Of a stretch of DNA of 64,000 nt, positions 13,463 to 28,514 are shown one piece after another (the first letter of the stretch is position 1; each line of letters begins with the position of its first letter). Below the pieces are notes generated by a model. That model searched no databases. It saw only the letters and a list, made by a program, of their open reading frames with translations, and was not told the origin of the DNA. The stretch is from Octopus vulgaris (Eukaryota): positions 38,688,001-38,752,000 of the forward strand of contig OX597834.1 in the NCBI GenBank assembly GCA_951406725.2, written 5' to 3'. A program made the position numbers and the translations under genes.

Positions 13463-15194
13463 TATTCGGTGCACGATTGTAAGTTCGTGGAAGTTCAATG
13501 GGTCAGCCTTAACATAATCGGTCTGTCACGCTGAATCTCCTCGACAACTACGTTAAGGGTTGTTTGTGTCTGTGAAGTACTCAGCCACTTGCACATTAAT
13601 TTCACGTGCAGGCTTTTCCGTTGGTCGAATCAACTGGAACCCCCATCGTCGTGACCGACAGAGTGATTGTTAAATGGACAGTAAATACAGAGAATGATAG
13701 ATGGCCCAGAGAGAATGTAGGGTGTGAGATGTATATGAAGGGAATCCTGATGAGGACAAGCGTAATGGTGGATAAGAGATATGTTCGTATGCTTATAAAG
13801 TATCCTTAAGAACCACTTTCTAGAGGATATTTTTCAAGTGGTTGAAGCGTTTCTTGTATGTGCAGTTTAAAGATTCAAAGTTCTTGACTGACGCCGAGAA
13901 TGTGGGCTCCACTAAGATTGACGTCGACGGTTATTATTCATCCTAAGAAATTGAAATAAAATTGTGCAAATTTTCCTTTTTGTGAGTTTGCTTCTGGTTT
14001 CTAGGTTTTAGACATTTAAGATTTATTTGCCCATCGTCTCGATAAAAGCCGCCTTCCACGTGTCAACTTTAGATTGTATGGAATATACAAACAAACAAGT
14101 TTACTCGCTTCTGCCGTATCGTTTACCCCGATGCGGACATTGAATGGTGTGTTAAGATGTTTGTTAATCAATATAGGTTTGATAAACCTAATGGGCCTTT
14201 GTCGGGCATGCTAGATTATTTGAATTTGAGAATCTTTTATAGAAAGGATAGCGGATTTCTTTTAAGGAGAAGTTTTGTTATAGAAGCTTAGAAGTGTTGA
14301 ATATCGAATTGCAGAAATGTAATTCTATTTTTAATTTTTATACACAGCTCGCCGTCTTTTGCGACATCACTGACTACTGTCTAGTTAATGTTAAACCATT
14401 TCGATTTGAAGGATTTCAATCTTGCATTCGTCGGTGTCTGGGTTCCTGTTGCTGGTGATGCACAAGTAACACTGAAATCATGTGATGCAGCAGTCCCAAC
14501 CGCTGGTGATGACGAAATTTCGTCAGCCGATATCACTACATATTTTAGCACCTAATATATAATCCGAGATGATTTCTAATGACGACTACTGCAGTTTATG
14601 GACCCCTTATGGTCTCTTTATGGACTTCCAAAATCTTCTTCCCTTATGGACTCCCAAAATCTTCTTCCCTTATGGACTCCCAAAATCTCCTTCCCTTGCA
14701 AATAGCTTCTTTGTTCGTCACACAAGTCAACAATTTTTAATGAAAACAAATGAGCCTAACAGTTTTCTCCACCAAATCATTATACCAGCTTTACACTCCA
14801 TATTTTGTGGACTTTTTATTGATTGTGGTTAATTTCGCTGTTATTAACACATACTTTAAATTTCATACATATATACACATGCATACAAACATACAGACAG
14901 GCAAAAAGGCAGACGTATATACATATATACATACACACATACACACTCATATATATATGTAAACAGATTTTAAACACAACCGCAGAAATGAACTCAGCAA
15001 GAATCTCAGCCTTGCTCTACAGGATCTGGGAAATTACGACCACAACGTGACTTGTAAAATCGATAGAAGCAACTTGTTTGTTATTATGGTAATATATTAC
15101 GAAAACAAACAATATTATAAATGATGTCAACAAATTGGTAAATTAAGAATGAGGATACTGATCAATTAAATAAGAGCTTCCTCTCTCTCTTTTA

Positions 15195-15243
<49 letters not shown>

Positions 15244-15639
15244 CTAGCAGTATTGCCCGGCGTTTCTCGGGTTTGTTTCGACCCTTCAGAATTGGAATTT
15301 TTGAAAAGTAAAAATTTTGTATTATGTAACTTGTTATTCTCTTTAAGTGAACATTTTTCTGGTTGAAATACACCGAAAAATGGCGACACACCAGACAAAA
15401 AATCGTAAAAAATAGGGATTTTCATAGAAGAAAAAAGCACCTTTTTGATGTATATAATTTTTGGTGTTAACATGGTCCGATTTGAATTTTTTCTTCTATG
15501 GAATGAAGAGCAAACCTTCTTCTATCATACCCTCAATTTTGGTCAACTTGTACCGCAGGGTCTCGGAGGAGATAGTGTTAGTTGAAGCCTACCAAACCTG
15601 CCACACACAGACAACTTCAGCTTTATATAGAGAGAGAGA
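15244..15639 (-). mobile_element. Non-autonomous Helitron (~400 bp)
   Basis: Minus strand A|TC...CCCGAGAAACGCCGGG hairpin...CTAG|T; three copies in the window. Confidence 0.85.
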
Positions 15640-15654
15640 TATATAAGAGCGTGT

Positions 15655-15940
15655 GTGAAGTCGCATGGTTTAGTGGTTAGGCTGTTACACTCACGATCGC
15701 TAGATCGTGGGTTCGATTCCCGTACCGAGCCGGTGTGTTGTGCTCACGTTGCTCCAGTTCACTCAGCTGTAAATGGGTACACACCCTGCGACCGACCAAC
15801 TTCCCGATCAAGGGGAATGTTAACCGGTTCGCCTAGCCAGTGGAGTGGCATCATTCGAATGCTAAAACAATGCAAAAACGCATTGTGACTAGCGATGTAA
15901 AACAGCATCCGATAATCTGGCCGATTACGTGATCACGCAA
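15655..15940 (+). mobile_element. SINE family C-related copy
   Basis: TGGTTTAGTGG and GGTTCGATTCCC boxes; tail shared with 13054-13358. Confidence 0.8.
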
Positions 15941-16107
15941 TAGCAACACGTACACACACACACAAGCACACATACATACACACACACACACATATATATG
16001 CAATAACATATGTATGCATTACTCCCGCTAATCTCAAAAAGGATTATTTGTCCTCTTCCAGTACCCTGAAGGAGAGTTTAACCCTGCCTGTCGCCCTAGA
16101 GCACTGT

Positions 16108-16320
16108 TACATCATCATCATTGTTCGACCGTGGTCGAGACAGTGGAATTTACCATGCTACGCCAGACTTCACGGTATATCATGGCATTACGGAGGTCCT
16201 GTTGCTGGGTGCCTGTATCCCTGGAGATTACATCAGGGTAGGAGAGTGTGCGCCCTCTGGTATTGCGAGTAGATGGCTTCCAGAGGAGAAGAGTAGAAAT
16301 TACCTCTTTTTCAGCTCTGT
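16108..16320 (-). pseudogene. RTE-group LINE 3' end
   Basis: Minus strand reads LLLWKPSTRNTRGRTLSYPDVISRDTGTQQQDLRNAMIYREVWRSMV...EQ* followed by a (GAT)n tail; typical RTE-group C-terminus. Confidence 0.75.
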
Positions 16321-16713
16321 TACATCACATAAAACGCATAAACCTCTCCAAACCCAAATCTCTCAAATCATTGCACCAACTTATATAACCGTCAAATAAC
16401 TTGGCGTATCTCGCAAGAAATATATATCAGAGAATCATAGCATGTGGTCCTCAGATGATTTCCTTTAAACTGGGAACCAACGAAGATGTCAACATTTCCA
16501 CCATGTATGTAGAAAGTATTTGAACCAAACCATTGGTATAGTATTAGACAAGATTTATATATTCAGACCATTATTAAAAAAAACCACAACAGAAGCTCTA
16601 AATATACAAAGAGACATCATTAAAACGTTGACCTACACAGCTGCCAGACAACCTAAGCACTTCGAGAACGGGTTTCCTTGCTGGAGCTCACAAACAATAG
16701 GAGAAGAGGGGGA

Positions 16714-16762
<49 letters not shown>

Positions 16763-16899
16763 GAGTGGGTAGGAGATAGACAAGCAGAGACAGTGAGTGA
16801 GACCAATACAAGAAATAAATACATAAATATAACGAAAATATTTCTTTTGTGCACCGCAATTAGTTGAGAAATTAAGGATACCTTTTAAAAATCGGTTTT

Positions 16900-18830
<1,931 letters not shown>

Positions 18831-19230
18831 AAGCTCGCTGATTGGTCGATCACAAAGGTGAGTCATTTAAATATGTAGGTCAAATATTTGTCATCACAAC
18901 TATTTCTCATTTAGCGTATTGTCGTTTCCGATAAATGGCGGCTGCGTTGTTACCGCCGTCGTTATTGTTGTTGCTGTTGGTGGTTGTAATGGTGGCGAGG
19001 GGTGATAATGGTATGCTGTTGGTGCTATGGTAAGTGGTGGTATGACGTAGTGGTACGTCTGGTGCGACTGTGGCAGTGGACATGGTGTTGAAAGCAGACG
19101 TAATATGGCGGTCCTAAAGTAAAGCTGTGGAGATGGTCATGTCATGTGATAATGAAAGATATACATACATACACATATATACATACGCACATACATACAT
19201 GTACACTCACATACATACATACATACATAC

Positions 19231-19261
<31 letters not shown>

Positions 19262-19647
19262 CATACATACATACACACACGTACACACATATATTCACAC
19301 ATATATATATACATGCATACACACATACATATACATACACATGCACGCACATACGCATACATACATACACACACATGCATATACACATACATACACAGAC
19401 ATGCACGCACGTACACATGTACATACCTATATATATACACACACACATACACGCACAGACACAAAGAATTCTACAAATTCCAGTCTATTGAGGCAGATTT
19501 CAAATACGATCTGTAAACGGAAGAAGAAAAATATGCAAAACTTTTCTCAAGTTTAACACGTGACATTGTTTTCGTGATCAACATTCCATCGATTGAGCTT
19601 TTAATGTTTGTAAGAATCCAGCTTCTTTATCAGAGCAAGTATTTCAA

Positions 19648-20010
19648 TCTCTCTCTATATATAAAGCTGAAGTTGTCTGTGTATGGCAGGTTTGGTAGCC
19701 TTCAACTAACACTATCTCCTCCGAGACCCTGCGGCGCAAGTTGATTATAATTGAGAGTATAATAGAAGAAGGCTTTCTCTTCCTTCCGTAGAAGAAAAAA
19801 TTCAAATCGGACCATGTTAACACCAAAAATTGTTTATATCAAAAAGGTACTTTTTTTCTATGAAAATCCCTATTTTTTACCATTTTTTTACTGCTGTGTC
19901 GCCATTTTTCGGTGTATTTCAACCAGAAAAATGTTCACTTAAAGAGAATAACAAGCTACATAATACAAAGGGTCGAAACAAACCCGAGCAACGCCGGGCG
20001 ATACTGCTAG
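19648..20010 (+). mobile_element. Non-autonomous Helitron, copy 2
   Basis: A|TCTCTCTCTATATATAAAGCTGAAG...CCCGAGCAACGCCGGG-CGATACTG-CTAG|T; ~30 bp internal deletion relative to copy 1. Confidence 0.88.
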
Positions 20011-20109
20011 TAATTGAAAAACGGGAGAAAACATACATTCGTATTTGCATATGGATATGGATGGCTGGAAGGATGGATGGAGCATATTACTTGTTATGTC
20101 AGAAGAGAT

Positions 20110-21260
20110 AGGTGACCCTCGCAGTCTTCTTTCCAAAGACTTTGCGATTGATGCTTCGTATTGCTTCGTTTAATCGGTTGTAAGTGGACATTTGTGGGAA
20201 AGACATAAGCAGCAAGGATATTCTGGTAGACTGAGATCTTGGGGGAAAGAATTAAGACTAGTGGTAAGTGGGATGGGGGTATAAGATGAAGTGGAAGCGA
20301 CAATGAATGTTGTAAGATAGTGAGATGAGTGAAGGCGGCGAGCTGGCAGAAACGTTAGCACGCCGGGCGAAATACTAAGCGGTATTTCGTCTGCCGTTAC
20401 GTTCTGAGTTCAAATTCCGCCGAGGTCGACTTTGCCTTTCATCCTTTGGGGGGCGATAAATTAAGTACCAGTTACGCACTGGGGTCGATGTAATCGACTT
20501 AATCCATTTGTCTGTCCTTTTTTGTCCCCTCTGTGTGTCGCCCCTTGTGGGCAATAAAGAAATAAGATAGTGAGATGAGTGGGTGGGGAATACCTGAGTA
20601 GAGGTGGTACAAACAAGACCAGGCAACTCCGAGGGAAAATGGCCATTCATTGTAAGGGCGACAAAAAAGGAGTCAGCATGTCTGAGAAGTAACGGCTGAA
20701 ACATGCGCAGTGATGTTTACCTGGTATGAGTAGTACTTGAGATATTCGTTGCTAAAAGAGAAAAGGGTTGGCTAGTGTGGCCGCAAAGGGGAACGCTCTC
20801 GATGATTCGGTTAATAAAATCAATCCATGTTTGTTATGTGGGGGGTCTAGGTTGAATGTGGATGCTTGGTTGGAGAAGCTGAGGGAAAATTAAGGATTGA
20901 ACTACCGATTCGGGCGGGTGGCGGCAAGTAGATCACTGATGTACAACAGGAAGACGGTGGGAAACAAAACCGAATCCTGGGGCACACCAAAATTCATTGG
21001 GTTGAGTACAGCAAGAGCCCTATCGACGCATACCGCGAAGGAGTGATCTGACACAAAGAAGAGACCCGCATCGAAACTGTGGATAGGTTTTGACCGGGAG
21101 ATTTGCGCATTAAATGTAATCAAAGGCATTGTTGATGCCTAAAACAGTAACAAGACTTTCAAGAATCCCACTGGTGAGAGATATAAGGGAGCAGATCTCC
21201 GGAGATGGGTCCTGTAGAAAAGAGAGGGATTCAGGGTGATTGGGGGTCTGAGCGATATTA
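20110..21260 (-). pseudogene. Degenerate non-LTR retrotransposon (Jockey/CR1 group) RT and C-terminal remnant
   Basis: GVPQDSVLFPTVFLLYISDL (RT motif QGSxLSP...YxxD); downstream FPSELPGLV and NILAAYVFP motifs; split by a SINE. Confidence 0.75.
20332..20562 (+). mobile_element. Full-length SINE A monomer with a 19-bp target-site duplication
   Basis: TAAGATAGTGAGATGAGTG at 20313-20331 and 20563-20581. Confidence 0.95.
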
Positions 21261-21392
21261 GGTTAGCGGTGATAACTCACTACGATGCTCAGTACGATGG
21301 CAATTGACTTGGCCAGTGTTATATTTATGTACCTGCATGTTTGTGTGTACACGTGCGTGTGGATATGTGTGTGTTCGAGAGTGTCTGTGTTG

Positions 21393-21472
<80 letters not shown>

Positions 21473-21531
21473 TTTATATTTATATATATATACAGATACA
21501 TACATATGTATGTAAAAAATCTATCTATCTA

Positions 21532-21568
<37 letters not shown>

Positions 21569-22419
21569 GTATATATAGATATATAGATATATATACATAT
21601 ATATACATATACATACATACATATATATATGTATGTACTTAATCCATAATCATTAGTTCGACAAAATATATTTTGTCGAATTAATGAACATCGATTAAAT
21701 GTTTATTGACTCTCAGACATATCTTTGAAACAAGACTTCTTTGAACTTGTCACATCCTGGAATGTGTGTGCGTGTGTGTATATGTGTGTGTGTTTGTGTG
21801 AATGTGTCTGTGAGTGTGTGCGGGCGTATGTGTGTGTGTTGTGTGTGTGTGTGTGTGTGCGTGTGTGTGTGTCTGTAAGTGTTCATACATACACAGACAT
21901 ACAAATACACATAAAATACATACATATCCATACACATATTTAATACGTGCATATACATACACATCAATATTCCGCTTTACATTATCTCTATTCCAATTAC
22001 TTCATCGTGTGAACTATCCCCACATTGAATTTTCTTCTAAGTGGTAGAGTATTCCTCAGACACCTACATCTATAACGGAATTGTTTGACGAATTCAGCGC
22101 GACACAGTAACAAGGCTGGCTCTTGTTCCACACTCGTCGTCCGTTCGATGAGCTTCCATCATTTCCATCAGCACAATTTCACTCCGAGGTCTCGAAACGA
22201 GGTTATGCTAAAAGGTTCTCAAAGTAAAACACGTTGAGATCGAACCAAAGGAATTTCTTCACTTCTTTACCAAGTCCATCTCCATATATATATAATTATA
22301 TATATATATATAAAAATTCAGGGTGAATACTTGATAAATGTAAGCACCTGTATATACCATTTAGTGGTGTAGGCGATAGAGTATATTTATCAAAATAAAA
22401 ACATGATGCAAAGGATTTA

Positions 22420-22506
22420 GCGGTACATATGTTTCGGGGCTTTATTAGACGGTTTATAACAATGCATAATTGATGTAAATGTGTGTTTATAGCTTTCTTC
22501 AGCCGC
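22420..22506 (-). ncRNA. Type I hammerhead ribozyme motif with long helix II
   Basis: Minus strand GCGG-CUGAAGA-[~60 nt helix II, base imperfect]-GAAA-CAUAUG-UA-CCGC. Confidence 0.7.
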
Positions 22507-22582
22507 GTACAATTACTACTTCAAGGACATGTATTACATTATAAGTTTTACGTTGGGGATGCAAATCCTAATAATCGCGTAC

Positions 22583-22661
<79 letters not shown>

Positions 22662-22664
<3 letters not shown>

Positions 22665-22942
22665 CGTACGTGTATACATATATATATATATATATACGTA
22701 CGTGTATACATATATATATATATATACGTACGTGTATACATATATATATATATATACGTACGTGTATACATATATATATATATATACGTACGTGTATACA
22801 TATATATATATATACGTACGTGTATACATATATATATATATATACGTACGTGTATACATATATATATATATATACGTACGTGTATACATATATATATATA
22901 TATACGTACGTGTATACATATATATATATATATACGTGCGTG

Positions 22943-22973
<31 letters not shown>

Positions 22974-22975
22974 GT
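22662..22975. repeat. ~28-30 bp minisatellite TACGTACGTGTATACA(TA)n, about 10 units
   Basis: Direct reading. Confidence 0.9.
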
Positions 22976-22979
22976 ATAC

Positions 22980-23025
<46 letters not shown>

Positions 23026-23226
23026 CAAACGATGACTAGTTTGCGTAAAGCATTGGTTCGTTTTGTTCTCTTACTTTATTATCATCTTATAATCATCTCA
23101 TAACAATGACTTTTATGACTCATATTACTACCTCAGTCAATCTAAATGTATATATTTGTCGTTACCTGTCATAAATAGCCTTTTTCTATTTGCAATATGT
23201 ATTTTCGTTGATTTTTCATATTTTAC

Positions 23227-23261
<35 letters not shown>

Positions 23262-23262
<1 letters not shown>

Positions 23263-23473
23263 TCTTTTACTCTCTTTTGTTCTTTTACTTGTTTCAGTCA
23301 TTTGACTGCGGCCATACTGGAGCACCACCTTTAATCGACTTATTCTTTTGTAAGCCCAGTACTTATTCTATCGGTCTCTTTTGCCGAACCGCTAAGTAAC
23401 GGGGACATAAACATACCAGCATCGGTTGTCAAGCAATGCTAGGGGGACAAACACACTCACACAAACACACACA

Positions 23474-23513
<40 letters not shown>

Positions 23514-23678
23514 TACGACGGGCTTCTTTCAGTTTCGTCTACCAAATCCATTCACAAGGCTTTGGTCGGCCCGAGGCTATAGTAGAAGACACCTGCCCAA
23601 GGTGCCACGCAGTTGAACTGAACCCGGAACCATGTGGTTGGTAAACAAGCTACTTACTACACAGCCACTCCTGCGCCT
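23262..23678 (-). mobile_element. SINE family B, full length (tRNA-like head, CORE-like CCTTGGGCAAG, internal TA tract)
   Basis: Reverse complement of the copies at 53132-53546 and 62267-62860. Confidence 0.9.
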
Positions 23679-23821
23679 ATTTTATATATATATAACTGTC
23701 CCTTTTTTTATCTCTCTTCACGGAATAACGTTGTTGTTTCTAAATTCATATCCAGAGTCGCCAGAAGGAAAGATTATTCTGAGACAAAAATAAGAATTTT
23801 CTTTTATTGATTTGAGTAAAT

Positions 23822-24300
23822 TTGTTTCAAATTTTGGCACAAAGTCAGCAATTTAGGGAAAGGGGCTAAGTCGATTATATTGAATCTAGTGTTTAACTGT
23901 TATTTTTTTTATCCAGCCCGAAAGGATAAAAGGCAAAGTCGACTTCGGTGGAATTTGAATTCAGAAAAATAAATACGGGCGAAATGCCGTTGAGCGTTTT
24001 GCCCGACGTTTCAACGAGTCTGTCTGCTCACTGTCTTTGGTTTCCAATTTTGGCTCAAGGCCAGCAATCAGGTGGGGGGGGGGGTGAGTAGATTATATTG
24101 ACCCCAGTGCTCAAGTGATACTTATTTTATCAACCCTGAAGAATGAAAGGCAAAGTCATCCTCAGCGGAATTTGAACATAGAACATAAAGACGGACGAAA
24201 CGCCGTTTAGCTTTTTGCCCGGCGCGTTAACGATTCTGCCTACTCGTCTCCTTATTGAGTATATTAGATTAAAATTTTGGCACAAGGCCAGCAATTTTTG
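23822..24300 (-). mobile_element. Cluster of diverged SINE A copies
   Basis: Two cores plus a third tail fragment (AAATTTTGGCACAAGGCCAGCAA). Confidence 0.8.
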
Positions 24301-24605
24301 GAAGAGAAACTGTGTACAGTTGTGGAAATTTGCTGTCCAGCGGATAACATAAAACTGAAGGTCAGTGAAAAAGAGAACACCTACGCTGAACTATTGTGAA
24401 ATCTGCTGTTACTCTATCCAGATTATAAGTTTAGGTTTATACCTGTAATTATTGGAGCACTGGGATATGTAACACATTGCCTAAATACCAATCTTGAGAA
24501 ATTAGGCTTCTCAAAACCAGAAAGGAGAAAGCTAATTCGAAGACTACAGATCCAATCCATCACTGGAATTGTAAAAACCTGTAAAACTTTCCAGATGTTT
24601 GTCAT
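24301..24605 (+). pseudogene. Restriction-like endonuclease (RLE) C-terminus of an R4/R2-group non-LTR retrotransposon
   Basis: EEKLCTVVEICCPADNIKLKVSEKENTYAELL*NLLLLYPDYKFRFIPVIIGALGYV...LQIQSITGIVKTCKTF. Confidence 0.8.
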
Positions 24606-24676
24606 ATGCAACTATTTGCATGAGGATACATACATAAAGCAAAACATACAAATTTGTACATTACATGCATACATGG

Positions 24677-25066
24677 TGGCTGCCCCCTCGTAATCGAGTA
24701 TGACCATTGCACGAAGCTTAATCAATGTTGTTATCGTGCAATGCCTGTGCAAGAAGATTTTTTTTTAAGTGAGGAAAGGCTGTGCACTGAGTCAATCCCA
24801 CTCACTAAGCAACAGCCATAATCCGAAAAGAAGAACAAGTCAACATCATCGGTAACCACTGAGCCGCAGGTTTTATATCGGAGTTATCCCAGTTACCTGA
24901 GTTACCTTCTCCTAGAATGATGCCCTAACAAAGTCTAGGAGTCCTTCACTCCCAATGTTTAACCGCCCGATCTGGTATTCAGTCCGATTATTTCTATGTC
25001 CCCGTGCATGATACAGCCTTAAGACATTTATTGGATGGCCGTTGACTCTCAAGAGTTCCTCCGCCC

Positions 25067-25067
<1 letters not shown>
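24677..25067 (-). mobile_element. Non-coding ~390 bp element, probably an RTE-derived bipartite (5'UTR + 3' end) non-autonomous retroposon
   Basis: Minus strand has CTAGGAGAAGGTAACTC (RTE 5'UTR-like) and ends GTCATACTCGATTACGAGGGGGCAGCC (RTE 3' hairpin-like). Family assignment is from memory of RTE termini. Confidence 0.55.
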
Positions 25068-25123
<56 letters not shown>

Positions 25124-25302
25124 AAAATACCCTGTTGCTGATGTTGAAACTCCAATGAATGAGCCTTGGATCTAGGTTCGAATCCGGCTCTTTCTCTATT
25201 GGCAAGAAATCTTGAAATAAACTGAATAATGATATACATACATACACCCATTCATTCATACATACATACATACATACACACATATATACATAATTACATA
25301 TA

Positions 25303-25360
<58 letters not shown>

Positions 25361-25458
25361 AGGAACTCACAAATAAAAAAAACAAAAGACGAAGACAACA
25401 AACAGATGTGTAGACAACAAACAGGTGTATTAGTACAACGCTCGGGAAGTGAAAAAGT

Positions 25459-25494
25459 CTTTAACGTTTCGAGCCTACGCTCTTCTACAGAAAG
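25459..25494 (-). ncRNA. Compact hammerhead-like motif in a ~200 bp element (25358-25560) between TA tracts
   Basis: CUUU-CUGUAGAA-GAGC(GUAG)GCUC-GAAA-CG-UU-AAAG. Confidence 0.5.
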
Positions 25495-26071
25495 GAACAC
25501 ATAAAGAAACAAGGAGAAAAAATAAAGAATGTGTAGTGGCTAGCGATCTAGCATGGCGAATATATATACATATTTACACACACATGTATACACTACACAC
25601 ATATATACATACATACATGCATATACATACATACACACATGCATATACATACATACATAATACATACATACATACATACATACATACATACATACATACA
25701 TAATACATACATACATACATAGCCGTACTGAATGCGATACCTGTCGTGATTCTTACCATTCCTATCATTTCACACATTCTCAGACCTTACCAATTCTATT
25801 TCTACACATGTCTGCACAGTCTCTATTGATTTATTCCGATGTCTTTGATTCTATCTCAAGAAATAATCCCATCCCTCTCGCTCCCCCCCCCCTTCACTCT
25901 TCTTTTCTTTTCTTTTTTTTTCTTGACATACATACCGCATTTTATGCGAGAACCATTTATCGTCTTCCTCCGTCTTACCATTCTCTGTCTCCATCGTTTT
26001 TTTTTCATTTCCTCTCCTCCTCTTCATCTTTCAATATGCATGTGCCTGTGTGTGTATATGCGCGCATGCAT

Positions 26072-26138
<67 letters not shown>

Positions 26139-26276
26139 CACATATATATATACATATATATATATACATATATATATATATACATATATATATATGTATG
26201 TATTTACATATATATGTGTATGTGTACATGAGTCTTTTTTGTGTGTATAAATAAATATATATATATATAAATATAG

Positions 26277-26309
<33 letters not shown>

Positions 26310-26703
26310 TACATTTATGTATATAATATTCACGTTTGCATAAATATCGGTTTTTATGAGCGCTTGTGCCTGTGTATATATCTCTACATGTAAACACATA
26401 CATACATTCCTACATACATGCCTACATACATACATACATACATACATACATACATACATACATACATGCATACATGCATAGTTGCATACATTTATTACAT
26501 ATATATATATATATATATATATATTGGCGTTTTCAAACTTCTGTTTTACAAATATATATATATATATATATATACATACAGATTTATATATTTACATGCT
26601 TTCATGCAAGTATGCATACTGATGCACACATAAAATCAATATACACTTGCAAAAAAATGCACTCTGATGCAGATTTAGGAACAGACACATGCACGTTCAC
26701 ATT

Positions 26704-26742
<39 letters not shown>

Positions 26743-26991
26743 ATCAGGAAACTGAATGCAAACTTATGCATGTACGCATGTGGAATTTGATACATACAAA
26801 GACATGCCAGCATATGCACCACATGTGCAGTCGCACACATGCACACACATAGACGCACACCTACATGAACACGCATGCACACTCCCCGACCCCCCCCCCC
26901 CACGCGGACTCCATTCTCAGCTGTTAACTACCAGCTGTATTGATCTCTCTTGCATATGCATATGGCTTCCAATTTGGTGGAGGGATGTGTG

Positions 26992-27067
<76 letters not shown>

Positions 27068-27086
27068 TATATACATATATATATAC

Positions 27087-27137
<51 letters not shown>

Positions 27138-27181
27138 TCTATATATATATATATATATACACATATATATACTTATATACA

Positions 27182-27223
<42 letters not shown>

Positions 27224-27499
27224 TACATATGTACATATGTATACATATATATATACATATATATATACATACATACATACATATATACACATATATGTGT
27301 ATATATATGTAAATATATGTGCGTGTGTTGGTTTCAAATTTTGGCACAAGGCCAGCAATTGTAGACGAGAGTTTAAAGTCGATTACATGGGCCCCAGTGT
27401 TCAATTTGAACTCATTTTATCGATGTCAAAAAAATGAAACACAAAGTCAACTTCAGCAGAATTTGAACTCATGGCGTATAAAAGATAAGCAGTTCGACG

Positions 27500-28005
27500 A
27501 TGGCTTTAACTGTCCGAAACTTCGAAGTCACTGTCACCATCATGCTGGGACACCGCCAGTTGGCTTTTGGGGAATGGATGAGTCTGATATTGCTCCCTAC
27601 TTTTTTAGTTTCTCACCGTCATCTCGGTTCCTCTGCGATCTTGGATAGCAGAAGATCAATTTACTTCTTCAAAACATCTACCCCCACCATCACCTCGTGT
27701 AGATCTCTCAGAATTTTGGACGAAATTTTAAATCGCTATGGGCCTTTGAATCCCAAGCGATTGCACTACCTGACCCTTGACGGATTGAGTGAGGCTTTCG
27801 GAATAGCGTAACGGTGTCCTATTCGGAGGCTAGTATGATTTTCGATGGCAAAGATTGGTGTCAGTACCTTGAGCATCTTCCACGTGTATATCACCGTATA
27901 TCTCTCCTGCTTTCGCCCCAGGGAGTAGAATCGTAATTCGCTTAATCCTCGTAGAATGTTTTATGATTTAATCTTCTGGGTGTAGCACCAAGTCTCTCGA
28001 GTTTT
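27500..28005 (-). pseudogene. CR1-like LINE ORF2 C-terminal remnant
   Basis: LSELRFYSLGRKQERYTVIYTWKMLKVLTP...CNRLGFKGP...VLKK*IDLLLSKIAEEP. Confidence 0.75.
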
Positions 28006-28167
28006 GCTTTTAAACTGACGTTCTAGGGTGATCATCGTTGAGAGCTGTAGGCCAGACGGTTTGTGGACAAATGTCCTCCATAGGACCAGTATGGGTACCT
28101 AGTTCCTTACTCTGAATATATAAATACATACATACAGAAAGGGAGAGAGAGAGGGGGAGAGAGTGAG

Positions 28168-28495
<328 letters not shown>

Positions 28496-28514
28496 TATGA
28501 TTGCATATTTCATT

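Noticed and set aside
13745-13795. CTGATGAGGAC as a hammerhead core
   Set aside because: No GAAA after a pairing helix II and no helix I partner.
25146-25194. Hammerhead-shaped fold (GAGCCT/AGGTTC, GAAT, CCGG)
   Set aside because: Lacks both CUGANGA and GAAA; better explained as a retroelement 3' hairpin.
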